A stretch of 57,400 bases of DNA from a virus (Duplodnaviria > Caudoviricetes), in IMG/VR virus record IMGVR_UViG_3300018432_000015, positions 1 through 57,400 of that record. One strand, given 5' to 3'. The position numbers and the translations under genes were made by a program. Numbering within the stretch: position 1 is the first letter of the stretch; the number at the start of each line of letters is the position of its first letter. Under the pieces are notes generated by a model that was given only the letters and a program-made list of their open reading frames with translations, had not been told where the DNA came from and did no database searches. Positions 37,100-45,996 of the stretch are shown here, in pieces.

Positions 37100-37247
37100 A
37101 CATCATCTTGCTGTTGATCTTGCTTCTCATTCTCTTCGGCGCTCTCCCCGCGTGGCCACACTCGCGCGGCTGGGATACGGACCGAGCGGCCTCGTTGGGG
37201 TGCTGCTCATTATCTTGATCATCTTGCTCGTGCTGGGGAGAATATGA
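37096..37247 (+). pseudogene. DUF3309-like small membrane protein, frameshifted
   Basis: MNIILLLILLLILFGALPAWPHSRGW in one frame, GYGPSGLVGVLLIILIILLVLGRI in the -1 frame; one G missing at 37172-37174. Confidence 0.75.
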
Positions 37248-37582
37248 GTCACTTGACACCAGAAGCAGAGGAGCGCGTCGCACTAAAGGTTGCCATGGCC
37301 GAAGTGCGATGGCGCTACGTCGACCAGCTCATGAAGACGTGTTTCGCAGGTCTCAAAGACCTCGCGCTCGTCGGCGTGTCGCTGTACACGATACAGGTCC
37401 AGAGCGTGAACTCCGGCAAGCTGGACAAAGCCGCAGCAGTAGCCGAAGTCGCCGCTGCCGAAGCGTCGGAAGCAAAGACGACGCTCAACGCGAGCATCCT
37501 TGAGCGTCGTGAGCAGATGACGGAGTTGGGAGCAAAGATCGACGCACATCCGATGGCCGCATCAGCGGCACCACCAGAATGA
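37244..37582 (+). CDS. Hypothetical membrane-associated protein
   Basis: ATGA overlaps at both ends. Confidence 0.6.
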   Translation: MSHLTPEAEERVALKVAMAEVRWRYVDQLMKTCFAGLKDLALVGVSLYTIQVQSVNSGKLDKAAAVAEVAAAEASEAKTTLNASILERREQMTELGAKIDAHPMAASAAPPE

Positions 37583-37845
37583 GTGAACAAGCAAGAGACG
37601 AAGATGGGAAGTTCGCGTCCGGCAGTGGTGGCGGTAGCAGCCACAAAGTGCCTCTGCCGAAGAACCCGAAAAAGATCACCATCGCCCACGCGCAGCGAGC
37701 GCTCAGCGAGATGGGCGGCGAGCTTGGTTCTGCATCGTTCGACGGGAACAGCGTGTCGTATCAAGTCAAGCTTCCCGGCGGCAAGAGCCAGACGATGAGC
37801 GTCGATGACTTGAAAAAATACGTGTACTCTCGTCGAGCGTCATGA
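37579..37845 (+). CDS. Small protein starting with an RDExG(K/Q)(F/W) motif
   Basis: MSEQARDEDGKFASG. Confidence 0.65.
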   Translation: MSEQARDEDGKFASGSGGGSSHKVPLPKNPKKITIAHAQRALSEMGGELGSASFDGNSVSYQVKLPGGKSQTMSVDDLKKYVYSRRAS

Positions 37846-40670
37846 GCAATCTCACCAAGTCGCCGAAACAGCTCGCGCGTCGCGGCCAAGCAGACATCGG
37901 CAAAGTCGAGCGGATCGCCGTCGCGGCTGCCTCGCGAGCCATGACGCGGGTGTGCCAGGCGGCGATCCGCAGCTTCTTGAGTCACAGTGAGTTCAACGCG
38001 CGCGGTGCGGTCATGAACGAGCTGGCTCCGGTGCTGGTCCGTGCCAGCGCCGTCATGCACGCCGCCGGCCAGCGGCGCAGCTTGCTGATGATGCGGCAAG
38101 CGTGCAGCAAGTGCGAGCGCGATGAGCTACGTCAGCGGCTCGAGCTCGACCTCTTCAGCACGGTCGAGAAGCTCGTCAAGAAGACTCTCAACGTCAACAC
38201 GAACGTTCTGAAGCAGCAGTACGGGCCGGGCATCGCCAAAACGCTCGACAAATTTGCCAGCAAGGTCGAGACCAAGGTCAGGAAGAAAGTCGGCGAGCTC
38301 ATCATGGCCGGCTCGCCGACGAAGCAAGCAGTTGAAGAGTTGCGCGAGATGCTCGACGACATGGGCGCCGGCGGCGTGAAGGAGACCGCGCTCGAGACGG
38401 TGTTTCGCACCCAGCTCCAGACCGCGTTCAATGCCGGACGCTGGCAAGAAGATCAAGACCCTGACATCCAAGAGATTCTCTGGGGCTACAAGTACGTTAC
38501 CGCAGGCGATGACCGTGTGAGAGAATCACACATGGCATGGGACGGCGTCACGCTTCCGAAGGATCATGAGTTCTGGCTTACTCACTGGCCTCCCAACGGA
38601 TGGAACTGTCGCTGCCAAGTGATTCCGATCTTCGACGAAAGAAAAATCGTCGAGCCCGACGAGGATATCATGCCCGACGAGGGTTTCGAGGGCAACGCTG
38701 GAATACTGTTCGGTGACTTCTCTCGACGCGCGACCAAGCCAGTCTTCTCCCTCGAGTACAATCCCGACCAACCACGCGACGAACGAGGCCAATGGGCTAG
38801 CGGGCCGAGCGGCGTCGTCAACACCGTGAAGCAGCTCGGCGGATCGACCGGCGCGCGACTCGTCAAGGACTCCAAGGGCAAGCAGTGGGTCGCGAAAGGC
38901 GGCGGCTCGCCCGGCCACGCCAAGAACGAATATCACGCCAACAAAGTGTACGACGCGATGGGCGTGTCCGTACCCGACTCGCATTTCTACCAACAAGAGC
39001 TTCACACCGAGTACAAGTCGCCAGGAGAGTACAAGCCATTGGCCGAGTTGAAGGGCGAGCAGCGAGAGCAAGCCCTGGCGACGATCCGCGAGCGCTTCGT
39101 GGCCGACGCGATGCTCGGCAACTGGGACGTCGTCGGCCAAGACGAAGACAACATTCTCGTTCACACGCTGGACCCGTCGGACGTGCTCCGAGTCGATAAT
39201 GGCGGCACATTCGACTATCGCGCGCAGGGCGGCGACAAGGGCGACGCATGGAACGGTGACTTGAAGGAACTGGACACGATGCGTTCGGTGACGAAAGGGC
39301 CCGCCGGCAAAATTTTCAGTGAGGTGACCGACGAAGACATCCAGAAACAGGGACATGCACTCTTAAAGAAGAAGGACGAGATCATGGCGGCGGTGCCCGA
39401 CAAGCACAAGGCCGTCATGGAGCAGCGGTTCAAGACGCTTGAGAAACGCATCGGCGCTGAGCCACCGAAGCTGAAAGAGACACATACATTTCACAAGGCG
39501 AAGTCGCTCGATGACAAGATCGCGAATCTCAAAGCGATCAAAGACGTCAAGCTCAATCCCATCCAGCTGAAGAAAGTCGCGCTGCTCAATGACGACCCGA
39601 AGCAACTAGTGTTGCCGAAGTCGTTCACGCCCGAGCAGATCGCGGCTGTCAAGGCGCACTTCGGTCACACGGGCGAGCCGAAGCTCGTCGTCGCCAGCAA
39701 GGCGCTCGAAAGCAAGATGAAGGAGCTCGGAGTCGCGAGCGCGCACGAACTGTGGCATGGTAAGCCGGTCACGCAGAGCGAGAAAGCGATCGCGGTCAAG
39801 CAAGCGAAGACGCCGGCTGAGAAGAATCACGCCGACGGGCTGAAGGTGGAGGCCGCGAAGCCGGCCACGCTGACGGAGGGTCAGAGCTACGCGGGTGACC
39901 CGAAGTTTGAGCGGCACAAGATCGAGAACGGTGCAAAGTATGTACTCAGATTGGAGAAGGGAAGCTACAGTACAGAAAGAACAGAAGAAGCTCTCCAGAA
40001 ACTGACCAGCACAGAAAAGAAACACATCGATGCCTGGCAAGGCGGCGCGCAGAAATCCTACAGAGATTCAGAAGCGGCGGGCTTTGGCGACAAAGACCCA
40101 AAGGTGATCGCGATCAACAAGGGTCTTGACAAGTGCGCGAAGTTCGAAGGTGTGACTTATCGTGGCGTCATGCACATCAAGCCGGGCACGGAGTACTATG
40201 CGGCGTTGACCAGCGTCGGCAGCGAGGTTGAGTTCACGGCCAACGCTTGTTCTTCGCGAGACTCTGCGACAGCGGCAAGCTTCTCCGGCGGTGTTGCAGT
40301 GATGCGAATAGCTGGCCGAACTGGCGCGTGTATTGAGGACTTAGACAAGCACGGTGGTGACTTCAAAAATGAACACGAAGTCGTCCAGCGCGCGAAGACG
40401 AACTACCGTGTGGTGGGCGTATCGCACGACGTTGAGTTCAACCTATACAAGAATGTAGCACACGGCACGCGCAAAGTCGCCGTCGTGATCGACCTCGAGG
40501 AAATCGAGCCGACCGGCAAGGCGAAGCCGCTGATGCTCGCGAATCAACTGTTCATTGAGCTCGCGCTCGACAAGAGCGAGCCGCACGGGACGCGGTTCGT
40601 CGAGGACGAGCCGGAGAAGTTCATGGTGGTTCGTTGGTCTCCGGAAGCGTTGTTCGACGACGAAGCGTAG
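37842..40670 (+). CDS. MuF/gp7-like head protein fused to kinase-like and ADP-ribosyltransferase domains
   Basis: MuF DDRVRESH…PPNGWNCRC; kinase GGSTG…WVAK…NE…LGNWD…NIL…VDNG; ART YRG…SS…EHE. Confidence 0.85.
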   Translation: MSNLTKSPKQLARRGQADIGKVERIAVAAASRAMTRVCQAAIRSFLSHSEFNARGAVMNELAPVLVRASAVMHAAGQRRSLLMMRQACSKCERDELRQRLELDLFSTVEKLVKKTLNVNTNVLKQQYGPGIAKTLDKFASKVETKVRKKVGELIMAGSPTKQAVEELREMLDDMGAGGVKETALETVFRTQLQTAFNAGRWQEDQDPDIQEILWGYKYVTAGDDRVRESHMAWDGVTLPKDHEFWLTHWPPNGWNCRCQVIPIFDERKIVEPDEDIMPDEGFEGNAGILFGDFSRRATKPVFSLEYNPDQPRDERGQWASGPSGVVNTVKQLGGSTGARLVKDSKGKQWVAKGGGSPGHAKNEYHANKVYDAMGVSVPDSHFYQQELHTEYKSPGEYKPLAELKGEQREQALATIRERFVADAMLGNWDVVGQDEDNILVHTLDPSDVLRVDNGGTFDYRAQGGDKGDAWNGDLKELDTMRSVTKGPAGKIFSEVTDEDIQKQGHALLKKKDEIMAAVPDKHKAVMEQRFKTLEKRIGAEPPKLKETHTFHKAKSLDDKIANLKAIKDVKLNPIQLKKVALLNDDPKQLVLPKSFTPEQIAAVKAHFGHTGEPKLVVASKALESKMKELGVASAHELWHGKPVTQSEKAIAVKQAKTPAEKNHADGLKVEAAKPATLTEGQSYAGDPKFERHKIENGAKYVLRLEKGSYSTERTEEALQKLTSTEKKHIDAWQGGAQKSYRDSEAAGFGDKDPKVIAINKGLDKCAKFEGVTYRGVMHIKPGTEYYAALTSVGSEVEFTANACSSRDSATAASFSGGVAVMRIAGRTGACIEDLDKHGGDFKNEHEVVQRAKTNYRVVGVSHDVEFNLYKNVAHGTRKVAVVIDLEEIEPTGKAKPLMLANQLFIELALDKSEPHGTRFVEDEPEKFMVVRWSPEALFDDEA

Positions 40671-40690
40671 AGAAACTAGCGTACGCGAGG

Positions 40691-40709
40691 GGAGTACAAT
40701 ACTGACATG
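40691..40709 (+). promoter_or_regulatory. GGAGTACAATACTG-NC-ATG element (candidate late/leaderless promoter)
   Basis: Same 14-mer at 26351. Confidence 0.55.
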
Positions 40710-41861
40710 ATCGAGGCCTTTCCGTTCAACACGGTGCTCTGCTTGGAGAACGGCGAGGCCCTCACGGCCACGTCAGACCCGCTCGAGTTCTGGAAGGAAG
40801 TGGCCCATGAAGGTGACTTCGTCAAGGACACCGGATCGAGTCGCATCAGCTTTCGGATCACGAAGGGCATGATGGACCACTGGCACAAGACCTTCGGCGA
40901 AATGTCGAAGGATGGACTGTCAGTGCCGGTCCCAGTCGAGCACACGCGCGACCCCGAGAAGCGTCGAGCGACGGTGGTCGAGTTCGCCCGCAAGCCGAAC
41001 AAGCGCGGCCTGGATGCCCTGTACGCGCGAATCAAATTTCGCGACGCTGATTCGGCCAAGCTTGCGAAGACTGCGAACGTCAGCATCTTCGTTCCGAAGA
41101 AGGCGACGAACGGTCACGGCAAAGACTACGTGATGCCCATCGAACACTTGGCGCTGACTGACTACCCAGTGCTCCACGATCTGGAGCCGTTCCAAGCCAT
41201 CGCTTTGTCGATGGTTTCTGAAGGAGACACCGAAGTGACGCTTCGCGAACTCGCAACTCAAGCCGGCATCGATCCGTCCATCACTGACGAGCAGCAGCTC
41301 ATGCTCGCTCTCTCGCAAAAGATCGTTCAACTGAAAGGCCCGCCGCAGCAGCCGCCCGGTGCGCAGCAAGCCGGCCCGCCGCGTCCGCCAGCTTACGGGC
41401 CACCGCGTCCGGGCTTCGGCGCCAGCGCCAGCAAGGGCCAGGTGGCCGAAGAGTCGCAGCCGCTGACCGGCTTGCTGCCGCTGACCGGCTTGCTGCCGCT
41501 GACCGGCTTGCTGCTCAGCACGCTCAAGAATGCGCGCAAGGTTCAGCTCGACGCGCTCAGCGTCGGCGACGGCGCTCGCATCACGCCGGCTGTTCGCAAG
41601 AAGCTCGAGGAGCGATTCGTCACCGACGATGCTCTCGCTTTCTCGCACGTCGAAGGCTTCGACGACGGCTTCGAGGTCACGCTCGAAGCGTTGGCCGCGA
41701 ACCCGCCGATCAATCGCGCCGGCAAGACGGGCGCCCAGTCTGGGATCGCGCTGTCGAAGGACGGCACCGAGTCGTTCGACAAGCAGGGCGCCGATAGCCC
41801 GCTTGTCAAGGACATGGAGTCGCGCAACAAGACCGGCGGCAGCAACCGCATGTACATGTAG
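40707..41861 (+). CDS. Mu gpI-like prohead protease with C-terminal scaffold
   Basis: PVEH, VSIF, HLALTDYP; internal AAGGAG-N8-GTG at 41235 in frame. Confidence 0.75.
   Translation: MIEAFPFNTVLCLENGEALTATSDPLEFWKEVAHEGDFVKDTGSSRISFRITKGMMDHWHKTFGEMSKDGLSVPVPVEHTRDPEKRRATVVEFARKPNKRGLDALYARIKFRDADSAKLAKTANVSIFVPKKATNGHGKDYVMPIEHLALTDYPVLHDLEPFQAIALSMVSEGDTEVTLRELATQAGIDPSITDEQQLMLALSQKIVQLKGPPQQPPGAQQAGPPRPPAYGPPRPGFGASASKGQVAEESQPLTGLLPLTGLLPLTGLLLSTLKNARKVQLDALSVGDGARITPAVRKKLEERFVTDDALAFSHVEGFDDGFEVTLEALAANPPINRAGKTGAQSGIALSKDGTESFDKQGADSPLVKDMESRNKTGGSNRMYM
41460..41513 (+). repeat. Perfect 18-bp tandem repeat x3 (PLTGLL)
   Basis: CCGCTGACCGGCTTGCTG three times. Confidence 0.95.
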
Positions 41862-41909
41862 CGCCGCGCTCGCGAGGCGGTTTGCTAACACATCTAGGAG
41901 ACTACGCAG

Positions 41910-42347
41910 ATGGCGATCAGCTCGTCCCTCACCAAGGGCAAAGTCCTCGGTGACATTTTCAAGTGGCTCTTGCACCCAGGCTTCAACCTGGTGAGCGCGA
42001 AGCTGGTCAACCCAGTCGCGGTCGTGCAGGCGCTCACGTCGCCGGCTGGTCTGCCCGTCAAGGCGAGCGGCGCGAACTACGTCATCGTTCAGGCGACCGA
42101 CGAAGCCAACGCCATCGGTCTGTTGTACCACGACAAGCCGATCGCGCTCGCGGCTTCAGGCACGAGCGACTTGCTCTATCCATTCTTGATTCGCGGCCCG
42201 GCGCTCATCGACAAAGACGCGCTTCCGACTCACGACGTGGCCGCGACTCCAGTCGCGTACACGAATGCAACGCTGGTGACGGCGTATGCTGCTCGAAACA
42301 TCATCGCGATGAGCGAGCCAACCAAGACCTCGACGCAGACCACCTAA
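41910..42347 (+). CDS. Head decoration protein
   Basis: Position before MCP; AIGLL…RGPALI. Confidence 0.7.
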   Translation: MAISSSLTKGKVLGDIFKWLLHPGFNLVSAKLVNPVAVVQALTSPAGLPVKASGANYVIVQATDEANAIGLLYHDKPIALAASGTSDLLYPFLIRGPALIDKDALPTHDVAATPVAYTNATLVTAYAARNIIAMSEPTKTSTQTT

Positions 42348-42401
42348 GCAAACGGCTAGGTCGCGCGTCACACTCAGGATTCACTCAGGAGAGCCATCGA
42401 G

Positions 42402-43415
42402 ATGCTGGACGTCTTCAACACGAACGCCTTCAACACGGTCAGCATGACCGCGGCCATCGAGAAGGCGCCGTATATGCCGAGTCGAATCGGCAAGCTCGGG
42501 CTTTTCAAAGTCAAGGGCATCAGCACACTTTCCGTCGCCGTCGAGGAGACGCAGGGCAAGCTGAGTCTTCTGCTGAACAAGGCTCGCGGCACTATGCCGA
42601 TCACGATGCCGCCCAAGACGCGCAAGGTGCGAACATTCCCGGTCTTTCACTTCCCGGCGAATGACGCGGTGATGGCCGACGAAGTGCAGGGCGTGCGCTC
42701 GTTCGGCAGCGAGGATGCACTCGAGTCGGTCACGGCCAAAGTGAACGAGAAGCTGGCCGACATGCGGCAGAGCATGGAACTGACGCACGAGTGGCTGCGC
42801 ATCGGCGCGATCACCGGCAACGTTCTCGACGGCGATGCGAGCACGGTGCTCTACAATCTGTTCACCGAATTCAATCTCACGCAGACGAACGTGAACTTCA
42901 CCTTCACGTCGGGCACGTTCAGCGTTCGCGGGGCAGTTCTGACCGTCATTCGCGCGATGGAAGATGCGCTGGGCATGACGTCGTACACCGGTATAACGGC
43001 CATCTGCGGTGACGCCTTCTTCGATGCGCTCATCGCACATGCAAGCGTGGCCGGAGCCTACGAGAAGTGGCAGGTCGGCACGTCGCAGATTCCGATGAGC
43101 ATGCGCGATCCGAACGAACAGCGCGAAGGGTTTACCTTCGCCGGCGTCGAGTGGATCAACTACCGCGGAACGATCGGTGGCTCGCGCTTCGTCGCGACTG
43201 ACAAGTGCCGATTCTTCCCGACCGGCGTCAACGACCTGTTCCACGCGTACTTTGCGCCGGCCCCGTTCGTCGAGACGGTGAACACGATCGGCAAGCCGAT
43301 CTACGCGAAGCAAGAAGTCATGCGGTTCGACGTCGGCGTCGAGCTGCACGCTAACTCCAGTCCGCTTCTCATCTGCACGCGCCCGCAAGTTCTCGTGCAG
43401 GGCACCGCGAACTGA
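42402..43415 (+). CDS. Major capsid protein (lambda E-like)
   Basis: MLDVF…AF…SMTAAI, QGVRSFG, THEWLRIGAI, SSPL…RP. Confidence 0.9.
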   Translation: MLDVFNTNAFNTVSMTAAIEKAPYMPSRIGKLGLFKVKGISTLSVAVEETQGKLSLLLNKARGTMPITMPPKTRKVRTFPVFHFPANDAVMADEVQGVRSFGSEDALESVTAKVNEKLADMRQSMELTHEWLRIGAITGNVLDGDASTVLYNLFTEFNLTQTNVNFTFTSGTFSVRGAVLTVIRAMEDALGMTSYTGITAICGDAFFDALIAHASVAGAYEKWQVGTSQIPMSMRDPNEQREGFTFAGVEWINYRGTIGGSRFVATDKCRFFPTGVNDLFHAYFAPAPFVETVNTIGKPIYAKQEVMRFDVGVELHANSSPLLICTRPQVLVQGTAN

Positions 43416-43418
43416 TGA

Positions 43419-43997
43419 ATGATCACGGCCACTGTCACAATCGACCTTGGCCCGCTCGTTAAGTTCAAGACCGCCTTGGAAAATGACCTGAGGCGGTCGA
43501 GCAACAAGCACATCCGAGCGGCGTTCAAGAAATGGGCCGCTCGGTATCGAGCGTTCTTGCGGGAGCGATACAGCATCTTGTCTCGCGGCGGCGGCGAGTG
43601 GCCGCCTCTGGCGACGTCTACGCTGCTCGGTCGCCGCGGCTATCGAGCCGCTCTCAAGAAGGCGACCAAGAAAAAGAAGTTCGTCGCGCCCAAGGTCGCG
43701 ATACTCATCGACACGGGAACACTCTTTGGTTCGCTCGATCCAGTGTTCAAAGGCAAGCCCGGCCAGTTCGAGCACGACATCGACTACGGCATCTCGGTGG
43801 GCTACGGTGGCAACGGCCCACACCCGAGCAGCCCAGCGCTGACAGTGCAGCAGATCGCCATGTTCCACCAGAAAGGTGGGCCGAGACTCCCGCAGCGCAC
43901 AATCATCGTGCCACCTGACCAGATCACGATGGATGGCATGGCGAAGGACATGACGGAAGCGTTGATTCGCATGAGCAAGGAGACCGGCTGCTCATGA
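43419..43997 (+). CDS. Virion morphogenesis/tail completion protein
   Basis: WPPLA…LIDTGTL…HQKG…LPQR. Confidence 0.75.
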   Translation: MITATVTIDLGPLVKFKTALENDLRRSSNKHIRAAFKKWAARYRAFLRERYSILSRGGGEWPPLATSTLLGRRGYRAALKKATKKKKFVAPKVAILIDTGTLFGSLDPVFKGKPGQFEHDIDYGISVGYGGNGPHPSSPALTVQQIAMFHQKGGPRLPQRTIIVPPDQITMDGMAKDMTEALIRMSKETGCS

Positions 43998-44524
43998 ACG
44001 ACGCGCCCGCTTTCAACCCGTTCACGCTCGTATACGACGCGCTGTGGGACCTCGCTATGCGCAGCGGCGATTTGCGCACCCGTGTGCGCGAAGGCAATCG
44101 CATCAGTTTCGGATCGCCGACAAACTCCAACCCGACCAAGCCGCAGATCGCCGCGGGAGACTTGCCGGAGCTCGTGCTCGTCGTGCGGTCGATGTCGGCC
44201 AACTTGCACAACACCAGTAGCGGCTCGATGTGCACGCGAGAGTACGCATGGCAGATCAGCGGCGGTGACTACCGATACAGTCAAACGCTCGCGCCGCTCG
44301 AGTGGGAGCTGTTCTGCGCGATGGCCGGATGGCGTAAGACTCTCACAGAGTTGCGCTGGCGCGATGTGGCATTCTGCAAGAAAATGACGCTCAACGGCGG
44401 GCAGACCGGGCTCAGCGACCCACAAAACAATCGAAACATCATTGGCTGGTCAGCGGTGTGGACTCTCAGCGTGGAGATGCACTTCAAGCAAGAGCATCTG
44501 GACGACGAAATAAAGGAAGATTGA
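43994..44524 (+). CDS. Putative tail terminator
   Basis: Synteny only. Confidence 0.55.
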   Translation: MNDAPAFNPFTLVYDALWDLAMRSGDLRTRVREGNRISFGSPTNSNPTKPQIAAGDLPELVLVVRSMSANLHNTSSGSMCTREYAWQISGGDYRYSQTLAPLEWELFCAMAGWRKTLTELRWRDVAFCKKMTLNGGQTGLSDPQNNRNIIGWSAVWTLSVEMHFKQEHLDDEIKED

Positions 44525-44525
44525 A

Positions 44526-45383
44526 ATGGGACTGCACTCAGGCAAGTGGGCCGCCGTCAACGGCATCAGCACCGTCCGGAGCTGGTCGATCAACGAGCGG
44601 CAAGCGCCCGCTCGTGGGATCGCCAGCAACACGGGCATGGCGCCCGTTCGCAAGAAGGGCGTGTTCTCGTGGGATGGGTCGTACAACGCGTACGGCGCGA
44701 CGCCCGCGGCGATGCCCGGCCAGCTTTTCAACTTCGTGGGCTATGGCGCGCCGGATGACGACGTCAGCGGCAACGGTCAGCGCTACGAAGGCAACGGAAT
44801 GGTGAGTGGAATATCGCTCACGTGGGACTGGGCGTCGGGCGGATTCATCGGCCACACCGTCAACTTCGCCGGCGACATGGCTCTTGCCAAGACGAGCGGC
44901 GCGCTGCCAGTCGATGCAACCGCGCCCGACATGCCGACGATCGCACTGTGCAAGATTCAAACTGGAAGCGTGGCCGAAACTGGCTACACGGACATTCCGA
45001 ACGTCACGAATGTGACGCTGAACATCAGCTGCGCGCTCCAAGCGGCGGTGAATTCGAGCACCATCGTCGGCGGCAAGCTGTGGACCGCGCAGAAGTCTGG
45101 GCCAATAGACTGGTCGCTGACCATCGCGCAGCAGGACAATGACCGGCTGGCGTCGATCCCGTTCGACATCGGGGACAATCGCAGCATCAAGATTTTCACT
45201 GACGCCTCGCTGTTCTGGCTGCTCAAGTGGGGTCACTGCCGCGGGTTCGAAGGACTGACAGCCGATCGCGAGAGCGGTGCGCTGCTCGCTCGGACGATCA
45301 ACTTCGACATGACCGCCGTCGATACTGCTGACCTCGGGACCGTGACCGATCCGTCGGGCACAGAATGGTGGCCGTTCGCATGA
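44526..45383 (+). CDS. Major tail tube protein
   Basis: Synteny; beta-rich with an apparent two-domain duplication. Confidence 0.65.
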   Translation: MGLHSGKWAAVNGISTVRSWSINERQAPARGIASNTGMAPVRKKGVFSWDGSYNAYGATPAAMPGQLFNFVGYGAPDDDVSGNGQRYEGNGMVSGISLTWDWASGGFIGHTVNFAGDMALAKTSGALPVDATAPDMPTIALCKIQTGSVAETGYTDIPNVTNVTLNISCALQAAVNSSTIVGGKLWTAQKSGPIDWSLTIAQQDNDRLASIPFDIGDNRSIKIFTDASLFWLLKWGHCRGFEGLTADRESGALLARTINFDMTAVDTADLGTVTDPSGTEWWPFA

Positions 45384-45880
45384 GCGATCATTCAAAGTTA
45401 GTCGCCGCGCCGGCGGAGCTGCGGCTCGGCGAGCTCACGATTTACATCGCGCCCTTGTCCGATATGGACATGTGCGAGTTGAACGAGTGGGTGCGAGCGC
45501 GGTACATCGCCAATGCGGACAAAGCTGGCCGAATATCCGGCGAGACTGCATGGAAGCAGATGATGACATTCGCGATGGATCGCGCAATGGAGTTGACGTG
45601 GACGGCTCCGCCCGGTTCGCGGCTCATGGCTACCGAGGAGGGCATTGTTCAACTCGTGTGGCAGTGCTGCAAGCGACACACGCCGGGCTTGACCAGAGAA
45701 CAGATTTGGACGGCAATGCTCGACCCGAAGAACATCGCCATGTTTCATGAGAGATTCGCGAGGCACAACTCGGTGCCTATCTCGAAGGAGGTGCAACCTG
45801 GTAAGGTGACCCGCCCTACTCGAAGGAGGAATGGTACTCCAGCCTCCACAGAGCGACGGGCATCACGTACGAAGAGATAG
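45380..45880 (+). CDS. Tail assembly chaperone (G-like)
   Basis: Between tail tube and tape measure; C-terminal PGK. Confidence 0.7.
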   Translation: MSDHSKLVAAPAELRLGELTIYIAPLSDMDMCELNEWVRARYIANADKAGRISGETAWKQMMTFAMDRAMELTWTAPPGSRLMATEEGIVQLVWQCCKRHTPGLTREQIWTAMLDPKNIAMFHERFARHNSVPISKEVQPGKVTRPTRRRNGTPASTERRASRTKR

Positions 45881-45996
45881 CTCGCATGACGCCGTACCAG
45901 CAGTGGTCGCTGGCGAACGGTGGCAAGCAGACAGACAAAGAGATCAAGTTCGACACGCAAGCTGAGTATGAAGCATGGCTGGCCCAGAAGTCGTAA
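45805..45996 (+). CDS. Tail assembly chaperone extension (T-like), reached by recoding
   Basis: -1 frame GDPPYSKEEWYSSLHRATGITYEEIARMTPYQQ… with no start of its own at the 5' end. Confidence 0.6.
   Translation, partial: GDPPYSKEEWYSSLHRATGITYEEIARMTPYQQWSLANGGKQTDKEIKFDTQAEYEAWLAQKS

Noticed and set aside
41460-41513. CRISPR-like array
   Set aside because: Contiguous coding repeats with no spacers; no repeat-spacer array seen anywhere.
42381-43868. 495-aa minus-strand ORF
   Set aside because: It mirrors the major capsid and morphogenesis genes; no independent evidence.
35212-43997. Mu-like transposable phage
   Set aside because: Head genes are Mu-like, but no transposase or Mor/C was seen, and the phage encodes its own polymerase and primase-helicase.
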